From NCBI GenBank assembly GCA_964016885.1, contig OZ024750.1, positions 20,212,001-20,276,000 on the forward strand: a DNA stretch of 64,000 bases, given 5' to 3'. Of this stretch, positions 48,130-64,000 are shown piece after piece. This DNA is from Eledone cirrhosa. Taxonomy: Eukaryota. The notes beneath the pieces were generated by a model, which did not search any database, had not been told where the DNA came from, and worked only from the letters and a program-made list of their open reading frames with translations. The first letter of the stretch is position 1. Each line of letters begins with the position of its first letter. Made by a program: the position numbers and the translations under genes.

Positions 48130-48360
48130 TCCTTGCTACTTCTAATACATTTACCTCTGCTCCACATAGACTTTGGCCTTATGCCGCCTCCACGTAAGTG
48201 TTCACACCACTCTTTGTGCTGCTCCTTTCATTACTCACATTGTGTCCAAACCCTATCAAACTCCATATTAACCATCAATCTCAGGAATTCATTCCACTGG
48301 AATGTTTTAACAGCACTTTTTTCTGCAGGATTCACCCTCTAACTGATAAATCTGTCCCTC
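48130..48360 (+). mobile_element. CR1/Jockey-like LINE 3' fragment
   Basis: HYSHCVQ..NHQSQEFIP..WNVL..FSAGFTL resembles the LINE C-terminal SF.PR...LWN.LP...FP...L motif. Confidence 0.5.
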
Positions 48361-48604
48361 AAGGTAATGAGTATCATTGGTTTAAAAGGAGATGCTAAGT
48401 TCATGAGAACAGCCTATTCTTTCACACCTGAGAAATAGCTCTAGCGATGAGTCTTAATTCAAATATAGAAGGAGGATAAAGATCCCATAGCTCCTTGTGG
48501 AGTCGTAGGCGCCTTACGGCGTCACTAGTGCACTTTTAAATCTGGCTCAACTCTCTCCAGCTCGGAACACAGCCAATTGCTTTCTATAGAGGAAGAATCC
48601 ACCC

Positions 48605-48760
48605 CAGTATTGGACTGGTACTTTTGTTATCGACATTGAAAGGACGAAAGGCAAAGCTGTCATCGGCGGGATTTGAACTCAGTGTGCGCAATGTGGTGGG
48701 ACCAATATCGTAAAACATTCTTTCCGACGTATTAATGACTCTACCAATTTGCTGCCTAAT
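48605..48760 (-). mobile_element. Older SINE family A-related copy
   Basis: GACTGGTACTTTTGTTATCGAC..GAAAGGCAAAG..CGGCGGGATTTGAACTCAG. Confidence 0.75.
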
Positions 48761-48907
48761 TTAAATACATTGCTGTGTAAATACATGACTGTTTTACTTT
48801 CATTTCCGTATTTGAATATTGAATCGGATAACACTCCCACAAACGTTCCTGCTAGTCATTAAAATCATTATATACAAATAATTTAAAACCATCATATTAT
48901 AATCTCG

Positions 48908-49170
48908 TAGATGTGTAGCCTAGTGGTAATGGTGTTGGAAGTATGAGTATAATGTCGTGGGTTCGATTCATGGACTGTGTTGTGTGCTTGAGCAAAACAC
49001 TTCATTTCTCGTTGCTTCACTATACCCAGATGGAAACGAGTACCATAAATATCCTGGGGTTTAACGCTGTGATTGATAGGTTCAGGAGGGAGTATTGTAT
49101 TCTGAGACGCTTCATGCTACATAAACCAAGATAAGCACCGACCTGAGGAATGGCAGGGCTCGAGACATAT
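48908..49170 (+). mobile_element. SINE family B (Meta-like), diverged
   Basis: GTAGCCTAGTGG, GGTTCGATTC, TTGAGCAAAACACTTCATTTC, CGCTTCATGCTAC. Confidence 0.75.
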
Positions 49171-51259
49171 CTTAGACATTGAGAGAATCTAAATCATCAA
49201 GGCACTAGAAATTAGCACTTGCAAAATGATTCCTAACTCAATGATGAAATGAATTCCACATTGTAGAATATATGGTCCAAATAACATTTTGGTTTGTTTA
49301 TACTTAAATATTTTCCTATGGTTAGATACGTATTGTCGGGTTACAGTGTCGATCTACATAGTGTTTACGTTCACTTAAGACTCGGATACTGTATTTATTT
49401 TCTAGCAGGTTTTCTGATATAATTATAAATCTCTCGAGGTTACAAATAATTCCTTCATAGCCAAATATATATTTCGCGGACTTATCCAGTTGTTTTACTT
49501 CGTAAATAAAAGTTAACAAGAACGTGACTCACCAGGCTTTTGTAACGTACCTCCATCATACAGGTGAAAATATTCGTCATGTTTTACTTGGGTTCATACA
49601 GCAATAACACACGTAAACTTGACACAGAGATTAAATATATGTTAACCAATAACATTCACAGCCTAAATGAAAGATTTAACCATCGCATCAATTCTTTAAA
49701 TTTTAGTTTTTATAACCGCCACATGATTAAAATATATCAATATACATGACTGTGCTCCAGTTATCGTTTGTATTTCCTTATATATCAAACGTCATTGACT
49801 TTAATTGTGAGACCTTTTAAAATTGAATGAAATGTATAGAAATGTAACTTATGAACGCGTGTCATATGACCAAACAGCATATATTTCCTATATTGTATTG
49901 TTGGCTAAGACAAGCCTTTATACATTAAACCACACCTCTAATTGTTACTTGCTTCAATATTTCTTAACGAAACATAAAGTAATACAATAAACCAGGCGGA
50001 TTAAAATGTTCAAATGCCATTTTTCTTCTTTAGAATCCAAATTGTAATAGTTTTCTTTGCACTGAGAAACCTGAACAAGACTATTTTCTTTTAATTCGAT
50101 TTCATTCTTAATTGATATATGCATTCATTCTTGTTCTCGTCGCTCTATTCCACTGAAGCATTAAAATTCAAATTCACATTCAACTGGATAAGAATTAATG
50201 TACGACTTCTTTTCTTTATCATTCGAGAGCTGAAAATGTAAACATTTACATATAAAAGAAAGGCAGAAATTGAGAATGTTTTGATGTGTTTTGCTTCTAA
50301 AATGGTATTTACGTTTACATTGCAGCCAAACTATTAAAGATTAGCAAAGTGGAAAAAGGTAAAATCAATGTAAAGGAATAACGGAATGAATAAGTGAAAG
50401 AGGAGGCGGAAAGTCAATTTATAGAGAAATTCTGATTTGAACTAAAATGAACTCAAATAACGTACATTATGAAAGAATTCACAGTTTTAATTATGTAAAT
50501 GTTGTTATGTCACATTGATAATGAAATGAAATTAAAAACATGAAATGTACAGCTCACACCTATGCAGGTTGAGCTGGGTCCTAACTGGAGATGGATAATG
50601 GTGTGTCGTATGTATAGGGGTCCAAGACTTATCACTATATATACTGTTATTTTCATAGCTTATATCTAAGCAGGTTAAATCAAATAGAATATATCACGAG
50701 TGTATTAATGATAGCAAAATCTATCCTATCAACATCCGTCATATTATTGTTGTTACCCGTCACATAGGTATGGTTAGCTGGCCTTATAGCCAGTTTTAAA
50801 TCACATGAGATGTTTCTTTGCTGATTTAATGATGTCGATACAGCTTTCACCTATGCATACGTAGTTAGCCTCATACAGGTTTTCTTCTGTTTATCAATTC
50901 CAAAGAGAAATAAAATGACTTGCTCAAGATCCCAAAAACGGTGTCTGGTGGCTAATTCTAACTAACGGCATTGTAAGAGCGATTCCAACAAACTAACTAC
51001 TAAGACACTGATAATATTTCTTTATACATATATTTTATTGAAACATATATGAATATTTATTTCAAATATATTAAAAAGTCAAGTCAGTTTGAAAGAAAAT
51101 TAAATAAAACAAAAAATTATGGCGACGCTGAACAAATTTCACATATATGTAAACACTGGTTGTAAAGACCATACTGTATAATCTGCAAATCGTACGTTAA
51201 AGACAGACAGATATAAAGGTCAGAATCGTAGAAATGTAAGAATAAATACATATTTCACT

Positions 51260-51825
51260 CGGCGGCAAATTGACAAAGTCGTTACAACGTCGGACAGAAT
51301 GCTTTCCGCCAGGATTAAAAATGCCCAGGAGTTACGGTCCCAATCTCATAGTATATTATACATATTTGGCAGGTGGTGCTCATCAACGCACAGACAAATC
51401 ACAATCGATTTCCTTACGTGTGTGAGAGAGATCGAGATGGGTGACCCGAGTACCGGACAGGCACCTTATCGAGATTTTTTTAGGGTAAATGGGCATCTTA
51501 TCAGGATCTAGGTGATCAGGGTGGTTTCTCCCTTGGTGGTAAAGGAACAATTAGGGAATTCCGTTGTTTAAATTTTGGGGTTAATTGTTATTTTTAAGAG
51601 TTATTTTTGAGACGTTTTTCTTTTAAACTTATTTAAACTTATGATTTAAACTTATGATTCGCCCCTAGTGGGCAATAAATAATAATATTATTATTCATAT
51701 ATATTCTGAGTTCAAATCTCGCCGAGGTTAACTTTGCCTTTCATCCTTACGGGGTCGATAAAATAAAGTACCAGTAATGCACTGAGTAATTGCTGGCGTT
51801 GTGCCAAAAGTAGACACAATTATTA
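51260..51825 (+). mobile_element. SINE head, non-LTR 3'-end fragment and SINE family A 3' part (composite)
   Basis: Head GGCGGCAAATTGACA at 51261; insert ending GCCCCTAGTGGGCAATAAATAATAA (~51690); family A body at 51703-51825. Confidence 0.65.
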
Positions 51826-52056
51826 TTGATATATATATGTTTATGTAATTACATGTTCATTATACTGTAAGATATGATCAACAAGAGTTAATAAGATGTT
51901 TCGTAGAGTAACGTGTGACGAATGACATGTGTATAACTATAAAAATACATACACACACACATAAATACACAGACACACACGCGCACATACATAGACAGAC
52001 ACACACATACACACACACACGCGTATGCACACACCCACATACACACGCACGCACAA

Positions 52057-52106
<50 letters not shown>

Positions 52107-52673
52107 GGATGTATACACACAAATGTATGTTTGTCATTGACTGTGTATTTGTGTATCAAGCTCCCGCACGGTATACCGTTATTAGGGCTCATCAATCATT
52201 ATGGAAATATATTTATCATACGTATATATAGATATATGCATATGTGTGTGAGTGTGAGTGTGCGTATCTGTGTGTGTGTATGTGTTAGTGTTTGTATGTG
52301 TAATTATGTTTAGAGCAGTATACATACATAGGCATTGCATAGCCACAGGCTTACATACGTGACAGTTTATAATTTCATGAGAAAATGTTCCATTGCCGAA
52401 TTATCTGCTTGGCCGATCTATAAATATAAATTTAATTCGAATGGGAATTAGAATTGCTTCTCTGTGTTTAAACAACTAATGATAGGAGTGGATAATGCAC
52501 TTTTAGCATGGCACTGTAACTGTAAATATGCAACAAAAACTTGACATATATTTTGCTGAATATAATACAAGTTATATTGATGAACTATATATGTTGTATA
52601 TGAAATATTTTGATGTATATTGGCAAACCCCATTTTTTACAGAGAAACATTCATTCATAATGCACATATGTTC

Positions 52674-52808
<135 letters not shown>

Positions 52809-53052
52809 TATATATATACATATATATATTTATATATATATTTACACATATATATATATATACACGAATACATACATATATAATATATACATACATTCAT
52901 ATAAATATGTGTGTATATATATCTATATATATCACATTTCGCAGGATTCGGTCGCGTCTGCCGTCTTCTCGCGTTGATTTGGTCGAACTTAAGTTCACAA
53001 GTATCATTGACTTGTCTCTCATTTCCTCTCTTTACGTTGCATTATTACTTTT

Positions 53053-53243
53053 ACGGTGGCTTGGCAGTATTGGGAGAGGGTCGGATGCCATGCTTTGACG
53101 TATAGAGTTACGGCCCTTGCTATTCTGAGTTCAAATCCCGCCGAGGTTAACTTTGCCTTGCATCCTTACAGGGTCGATAAAATAAAGTACCAGTAATGCA
53201 CTGGGTAATTGCTGGCCTTGTGCCTAACGTAGAAACAATTATT
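53053..53243 (+). mobile_element. SINE family A nested in the ~250-bp element, TSD ATTATTAC
   Basis: ATTATTAC at 53041 and ~53238; the host element resumes on both sides. Confidence 0.9.
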
Positions 53244-53419
53244 ACCTTTGTTTGTTTACTTTCCCTCTTTCTCCACCTAATTCACTGTGTCCCAATAACT
53301 TTATTTATTGCTCGCACTGATTTTGAGGTATCTGGTTTTTAATGCGAAGAAATATCGATGATAGTCAGATGATCACTGATGATGGACAGTCCCGTTTCTG
53401 GGTCTATTTTTCATTTATA

Positions 53420-53522
<103 letters not shown>

Positions 53523-53944
53523 GTGTGCCTGTATGTATATACATATTTTTATAAAAGTAGACATATATATATATATATATATATACATATAATACACACT
53601 CACACGAATCACAGAATTACACACACATATAATATAATGGACAGCTAAAAATTGGACCCGAAAGGAGTGGCTAAGCTCTCTATCTTGTAATTGTTGCATA
53701 GATTTTATTCCAGCAGTACTGCTACTCATTACTCTTGTCTACAGGGCATTGAATCGTGTCTTTTTTTACTTTTTATCATTATCAAGACCCTACATTGAAT
53801 CCATTAGTTCTAATTTAAGTTAATATTCAGTTTCTTAACTTACGAAACGAGTATAATATCCGAAAAATGTATATACTTATCAGGCTGACTGAAACGGAAA
53901 AGTGATTCCGACTACATTTTAGCGCAATGGTTCCACCTATCCAG

Positions 53945-54135
53945 ACTGGTTGGCAGGCAGTATCGGTAGAGGGTCGGACGCCATGCCTTCCAGCATAGTT
54001 ACGTCCCTTTATGATCTGAGTTCAAATCCAGCCGAGGTTGACTTTGCCTTGCATCCTTACAGGGTCGATAAAATAAAGTACCAGTAATGCACTGGGTAAT
54101 TGCTGGCCTTGTGCCTCAAGTAGAAACAATTAATA
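53945..54135 (+). mobile_element. SINE family A copy
   Basis: Near-consensus body and tail. Confidence 0.92.
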
Positions 54136-54232
54136 TTTTCACTCTTTTCCCTCTCCTGGGGTTTTAGGCACAACATAGACTATTTGACATGGTCAAATAA
54201 CGGGCACTGTCTTCGTTAACTTGCTATATGCA

Positions 54233-54422
54233 TAATTGTTTCTACATTAGGCACAAGTCCAGCAATTTCAGGGAGTTTGAAAGTTGATTATTTTATCGAC
54301 CCTGTAAGGCTGAAATGCAAAGCTAACCTTGGCGGGATTTGAACTCAGAACGTAAATGACCCTAACTCTATGTTGCAAAGCCTGGTGTCTGACGCTCTAT
54401 TGATACTGCCAATCCACCACCC
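54233..54422 (-). mobile_element. SINE family A variant
   Basis: TTGTTTCTAC..GGCACAAG..TATCGACCCTGTAAGG..GCCAATCCACC. Confidence 0.88.
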
Positions 54423-54617
54423 TTATTTGATATATCTATAATAATAATAATATATGCATTTATAAACCTCAGACGAATTTCAGAGAATTCAACACAATCA
54501 CTGATAGAAGCGATCTTGATTTTTAAAAAATGAAAAATATATAAACATCTAAAATTTACTGACCAATATATCTTATGCATTCGTATTCGTGTTCTATTCA
54601 GTACCATATGTATGCAA

Positions 54618-54659
<42 letters not shown>

Positions 54660-54669
54660 GGTGTGTGTA

Positions 54670-54843
54670 TTAAGAGAGAAAAATAAATATCAAAATAACT
54701 AGTACAGTATATGGAAGGTATACATTAGGTTAACGCTTGATATAGCAGGAAAAGAGTCTAAACGTTTCGGACGCTAGTCCTCCATCACCAGAAATAATGA
54801 GAAATAAAATATATTGAGGGGACGGGCGGGATGGAATTTGAAA

Positions 54844-54850
<7 letters not shown>
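54670..54850 (-). mobile_element. Penelope-type terminal remnant with a mutated hammerhead
   Basis: Minus strand TCT-GGTGATGGA-GGAC-TAGC-GTCC-GAAACGT-TTAGA. Stem II and GAAAC are intact; the CUGAUGA core is altered. Flanked by TA-rich microsatellite. Confidence 0.5.
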
Positions 54851-54910
<60 letters not shown>

Positions 54911-55019
54911 AACAGTCTTGCAAGAGATGTCAACATGAATGGACCTGTTATTTTTAAATATAAGACATACACCTATGTATGTCTTCCACCATCCGTCTCG
55001 GTCAAATCTAAAATATTAA

Positions 55020-55520
55020 AGGTAATGGATGTGTTCGTGTAAATGGGTACCACGTTTTCTTGATGAAGAGCTTAGCTACTGGCTATTGAAAGCTTTGAGG
55101 CATTTGATAGGCTGGTAAAGCACTTGTGTTTATAAACAAACATCAATGTCCACACTTATTTTCAATGTTCCTACCATACTGTAGACATGTTTGTCATAAG
55201 TTGATCACATCCAGCATCTGGAATATTTCCTTCATGGAGTGAGGTCTCAAATGCCAGATACCGATGTGCTGCAGCAGACTTGTCTACCAAACATCAAGCT
55301 CTTGATCGTGAAACAGCGCCTCCGTTTGTCAAATCATATAGTACCGCTATGGCACAGCAGGCTCCCAACTCAGGGATTGAATAGAGAGCTGTTCACAGGC
55401 AAAGGTTACAAAGGACCTTTAAAGCCTGAAATATACGATCGAGTGAAGAAACCTGACGCACGAATTATCACTTCTAAATTGCAGGAAATGTATCGGGCCA
55501 TACCCTATGTATCATGAATG
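55020..55520 (+). mobile_element. RTE (BovB-like) LINE RT C-terminal relic
   Basis: ORF 55239 MPDTDVL..LPNI..QRLRLSNHIV..SRLPTQGL..EL..GK..G matches RTE IPDTEVL..LRWAGHV.RM...RLPK...GEL..GKR. Confidence 0.85.
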
Positions 55521-55524
55521 CCTA

Positions 55525-55705
55525 TAATTCTTTCTAATTTTGGCACAAGGCCAGCAATTACCCGGTACATTACTGGTACTTTATTTTATCGACTCCTGTA
55601 AGACAAAGTTAACTTCGGAGGGATTTAAACTCAGTCAGTAAAGTGATGTAACTCTGTGCTGCAAAGCATGGCGTCCGATCCTATACCTATATTGCCAATC
55701 CACGC
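55525..55705 (-). mobile_element. SINE family A copy
   Basis: GGCACAAGGCCAGCAATTA..GCAAAGCATGGCGTCCGA..TTGCCAATCC. Confidence 0.9.
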
Positions 55706-56179
55706 CGATAATTGCGAGTAGGTTTTCTTTTACATGACATGACACTTCAATGTGAAATAGCTTTGATTGTGTTGGGATGATTGTGCCTATGTTTGTAGTT
55801 GTAAATATATTAAAGACAAGAATTACATAGATATTCCTTGACCCCATCATTCTTCATATTGAAGTGGAATATGTGATACACCTACGGTGGTGTATTTAAC
55901 CTAGTTGCTTTGCAGCACTTAACTTACTCTTCAAACGTTTCCAATAGATTAATAATAACATTACATTTCTTTATTTATCGATTACATTCAGGAGATATTC
56001 AGCAATCGATTCCACATCCAGCTATCTATTTTGTTTTTATCATTAATGATGTTATTAATTTGCGAACAGAAAATCCATAACTGACAAAGTGAGAAGATAC
56101 GTAATCCTGAGTACACACACACACATGCATATAAATATTGCATATATGTCACACACACACACTCCCCACACACACATGC

Positions 56180-56323
<144 letters not shown>

Positions 56324-56464
56324 ATGTATATATATATATATTGTGATCTTCACAAGTTTGGGAGATTTCCATGCAGGCAGGTATACATTTGTCATACATT
56401 TGCCACTTCGCATTACTATTACATGCATATACATTTCTTAACATACACAAGCACAATCACACAA

Positions 56465-56517
<53 letters not shown>

Positions 56518-56684
56518 GTAGTTTATATATATATATATATATATACACTCATCATATCTTCGTAGTATATTTGATGCTCTTTTCCTGAAGTGGGTCGTGA
56601 TGAAATATTAATTGTATAAAAGCTTTGAAATTTTTCAATATATTCGTCTAAAGATATATTTTACTGCATTCATCATCAGTTTCG

Positions 56685-56737
<53 letters not shown>

Positions 56738-57726
56738 CATTCCTCAAAGGGTGTATATAATTATAGATGAGGCTAAAGAATAATAGAGATATCGATTATA
56801 TTTTATACATACTTCAGAATATCTTGTACGTGTTGTCTCACTCTAACATAACGTGTTTGCATTAAATCGTGTCTATAACACGTGACCTGATTGAATTATT
56901 GAATATTAACCTTTTCACATCTGTCAAGTGTTATTTTCGATTTAGTTTCGTGTTATTCTATAAGCGCTTTTTCATCCTTTCGGCGTTACTATCAATGGAC
57001 TTTCTTTGTACGAACGAAATTTTAAGTATATAATACCTACTTAAACATATTAAATAAAACTGATTCTTTTTCTTCCGCAGTGATCTTTTAAATTATATTA
57101 TTTCTGGGATATATTTGAAACGGTTTATTTCTACCATCAGTATACATCAATGTTTATATACGGTATTATAATGTCATCTAATTTAGCTGCAATGGCACCG
57201 ATTTCGGTTAATATCAACCTCAAAATGCGACTAGTATATTTTATGTTTGAATGTGAAAAGATGAACGACAGACATGACCAATAATGTTTCAAAATGAAAG
57301 AGAAGTATATAATTGTGTGATTCCATCCAGCAATGGAGCGAGTCGATTGATTCGTTTCAAAACCAGACATAACGATCTTCGGTACTCAATCCTCCTCTCT
57401 GCGCACTTCATATCCAGGCGAGATCAATGTTTCCTTTTCATTCTACGATGTCAATGAATAAAGTAGCAATCCACTACTAGGCTTGAATCCCCACCCCCTC
57501 TATCACTCTCCGCCTTTCTTTATATTTAATCAGCTATTTATCAAACCTCGTCAGTTTTAAGTATATCTACAAAACAACTCTACGCGTGTATGAGATGTTT
57601 GCGACTTTATACTAAACGTAATTAATCTCCCACACTTAGCTGTAAGCTTTCGTTTTGGATGCAAATTCTTCTTCTTCTTCTTCTTCTTCTTCGTCTTCAG
57701 CGATCAAGAAGGAGAGGGAGAGAGAG

Positions 57727-57775
<49 letters not shown>

Positions 57776-57879
57776 GAGAGAGAGAGCGAGAGAGAGAGAG
57801 GGATGTTTGGATTCATCAGCCGTGGTGAGCACTTCACAATTTACAGTGTCTGTGGAAGGGGCCATCCACAAGGACACAA

Positions 57880-58250
57880 CACCAATATAGAAACGATCAT
57901 TCTATGCTTTTCGCAGCCTTGGACGCTGAGTGATATTTTGCGCACGTATACATACACAAGAATGGCACACTTGCCATACAACACCTCCTGGATACGTCAC
58001 CCTGCAAATATTACTCTGTATAGAACCCTGCCTTGCATCTCTGATGTTGTAAGTTGTCTCTCACTGTGATGAACCCAATTGATTGCATATGCACATAGAC
58101 ACGTTGGGCGATGATATATTATGTTGGTATGTATCATCGAGAAAAATGCAGGCCTCACTGCATTGGATCTACAAGCTGAAATGTTCACCCGACCACTATG
58201 GAGCTTGAAATTTGTCAACGATTTACCAGTGTCTCAAGGCATCGCATGAC
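57880..58250 (+). mobile_element. RTE/RTE-X LINE RT C-terminal relic
   Basis: QPWTLS..TYTRM..NTSWIRHPANITLYRTLPCISDVV (cf. E.WTL..DG.YTRMLR..NISW.QH.TN..LYG.LP.IS). Confidence 0.75.
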
Positions 58251-58340
58251 TCAAAATATATACATATACATGAATACAGACATATACACACGAGACACGC
58301 ACATACACACACCCACACACACACACTCTCTCTCTCTCTC

Positions 58341-58451
<111 letters not shown>

Positions 58452-58639
58452 CGAGGGAGTTGGAGAAATGTGAGTATATGTGCACATTCTTTACATGCAT
58501 ATATACACACTTAGCTATGAATTTAGAAATCGTATCCTCGCTGCTAATCAGGATTTACAGCACTAATGGATCAATATATATATATTTATATTATGTTTGC
58601 AGAATTGTTAGAGGAACCCATTATTTTCCTTTTACGAAT

Positions 58640-63000
<4,361 letters not shown>

Positions 63001-63017
63001 CACACACACACACAGAG

Positions 63018-63075
<58 letters not shown>

Positions 63076-63076
63076 G

Positions 63077-63119
<43 letters not shown>

Positions 63120-63124
63120 GCGTG

Positions 63125-63162
<38 letters not shown>

Positions 63163-63176
63163 GATATATATGCATG

Positions 63177-63253
<77 letters not shown>

Positions 63254-63487
63254 ATACACAAACACACACACTATATATATATACACCACCGACATTTTAT
63301 GTATCTTATAGATTTATACGGTTTCTGCTTAAGCCTATATAATACAATTTATATATATTTTCAAGCCAGCTAAGTCTGTTAGAAACTACAGATTTCTTCT
63401 AATGTACGTAGCATCATTGGTAGGTCTAATGTATATGTTGATTTTTGACAAGCATTCAGGCCCCATGGGTAAGATTTTAAAATGTTC

Positions 63488-63539
<52 letters not shown>

Positions 63540-63602
63540 GTATGTTTGTATTTGTGTTGCTGTGTGTGAGTGCATGCACACATATATGTAATCTATATAT
63601 AA

Positions 63603-63783
63603 TAATTGTTTCTACTTTTTGGCAGAAGGCCAGAAATTACTCAGGGCATTACTTGTACTTTATTTTATCGACTCCGTAGCATGAAAGGCAAAGTTAACCT
63701 CGGCGGGATTTGAACTCAGAATAGCAAGGGCCGTAACTCTATGCGTCAAAACATGCCGTCCGACCCTCTACCGATACTGCCAA
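63603..63783 (-). mobile_element. SINE family A copy
   Basis: TTGTTTCTAC..GGCAAAGTTAACCTCGGCGGGATTTGAACTCAG..CCGATACTGCCAA. Confidence 0.92.
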
Positions 63784-64000
63784 ATGATAGTAAGTATAAT
63801 CGAAGTTGCAGCTGCGATTAGCACTTTCGAAATCGATTTTCTGAGGCTCGTACGAAGCATTCAATGATACGATATCAATACATCGATAGATTATTGCTCA
63901 GAGTAATAACAATACGTATAGTTATATGACACAGTTAACGTTTCGACAGGAGGCAAGCTGCCAACTTAATGCTACAACAACGAAAATACAAACACGTTAA

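Larger units (their letters stand above)
47650..50400 (-). pseudogene. Decayed protocadherin-like relic J (EC2 to TM; EC1 possibly extends to ~50900)
   Basis: IYQLR..QLEVWFNV..EIYAV (~49875-50125). CDG..MLLVNI. ORF 49322 TFIYEVKQLD..GYEGIICNL..NKYSIRV..RHCNPTI (cf. FIAYVKVTD..GQNGEVSCDL..KYKITV..HHDITI). QTGGLFF (~48055). Hydrophobic TM-like stretch at ~47735-47820. Confidence 0.6.

Noticed and set aside
52528-52670. [10 protein letters not shown], resembling a cadherin linker on the + strand
   Set aside because: Single isolated motif with no collinear neighbours, so not counted as a relic.

Overview
Eukaryotic, very AT-rich, microsatellite-laden DNA. The SINE families and cadherin motif style point to an octopod cephalopod (inference). 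No intact cellular gene is visible, and almost all listed ORFs are (TA)n/(CA)n/(GA)n artefacts. Main result: hand translation of the apparently unique spacers between repeats gives, in nearly every case, stop- and frameshift-riddled cadherin-repeat sequence in EC1-EC6-TM order, resembling octopus single-exon protocadherins. I count about 12 relics, roughly one per 5 kb, in orientation blocks (+)(---)(+++++)(---), i.e. a decayed protocadherin cluster. These alignments are by eye against motifs recalled from memory and need HMM confirmation. Inserted into and between the relics are: many tRNA-derived SINEs (several with clean TSDs), MetaSINE-like copies, a 5'-truncated Penelope-like element with an open GIY-YIG frame and a canonical minimal hammerhead ribozyme, several small (TA)n-associated hammerhead-like or foldback elements (one family has a flipped internal segment), mariner/Tc1 relics, and CRE-, RTE- and CR1-like LINE fragments. 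Relic boundaries are approximate (about +/-100-200 bp).
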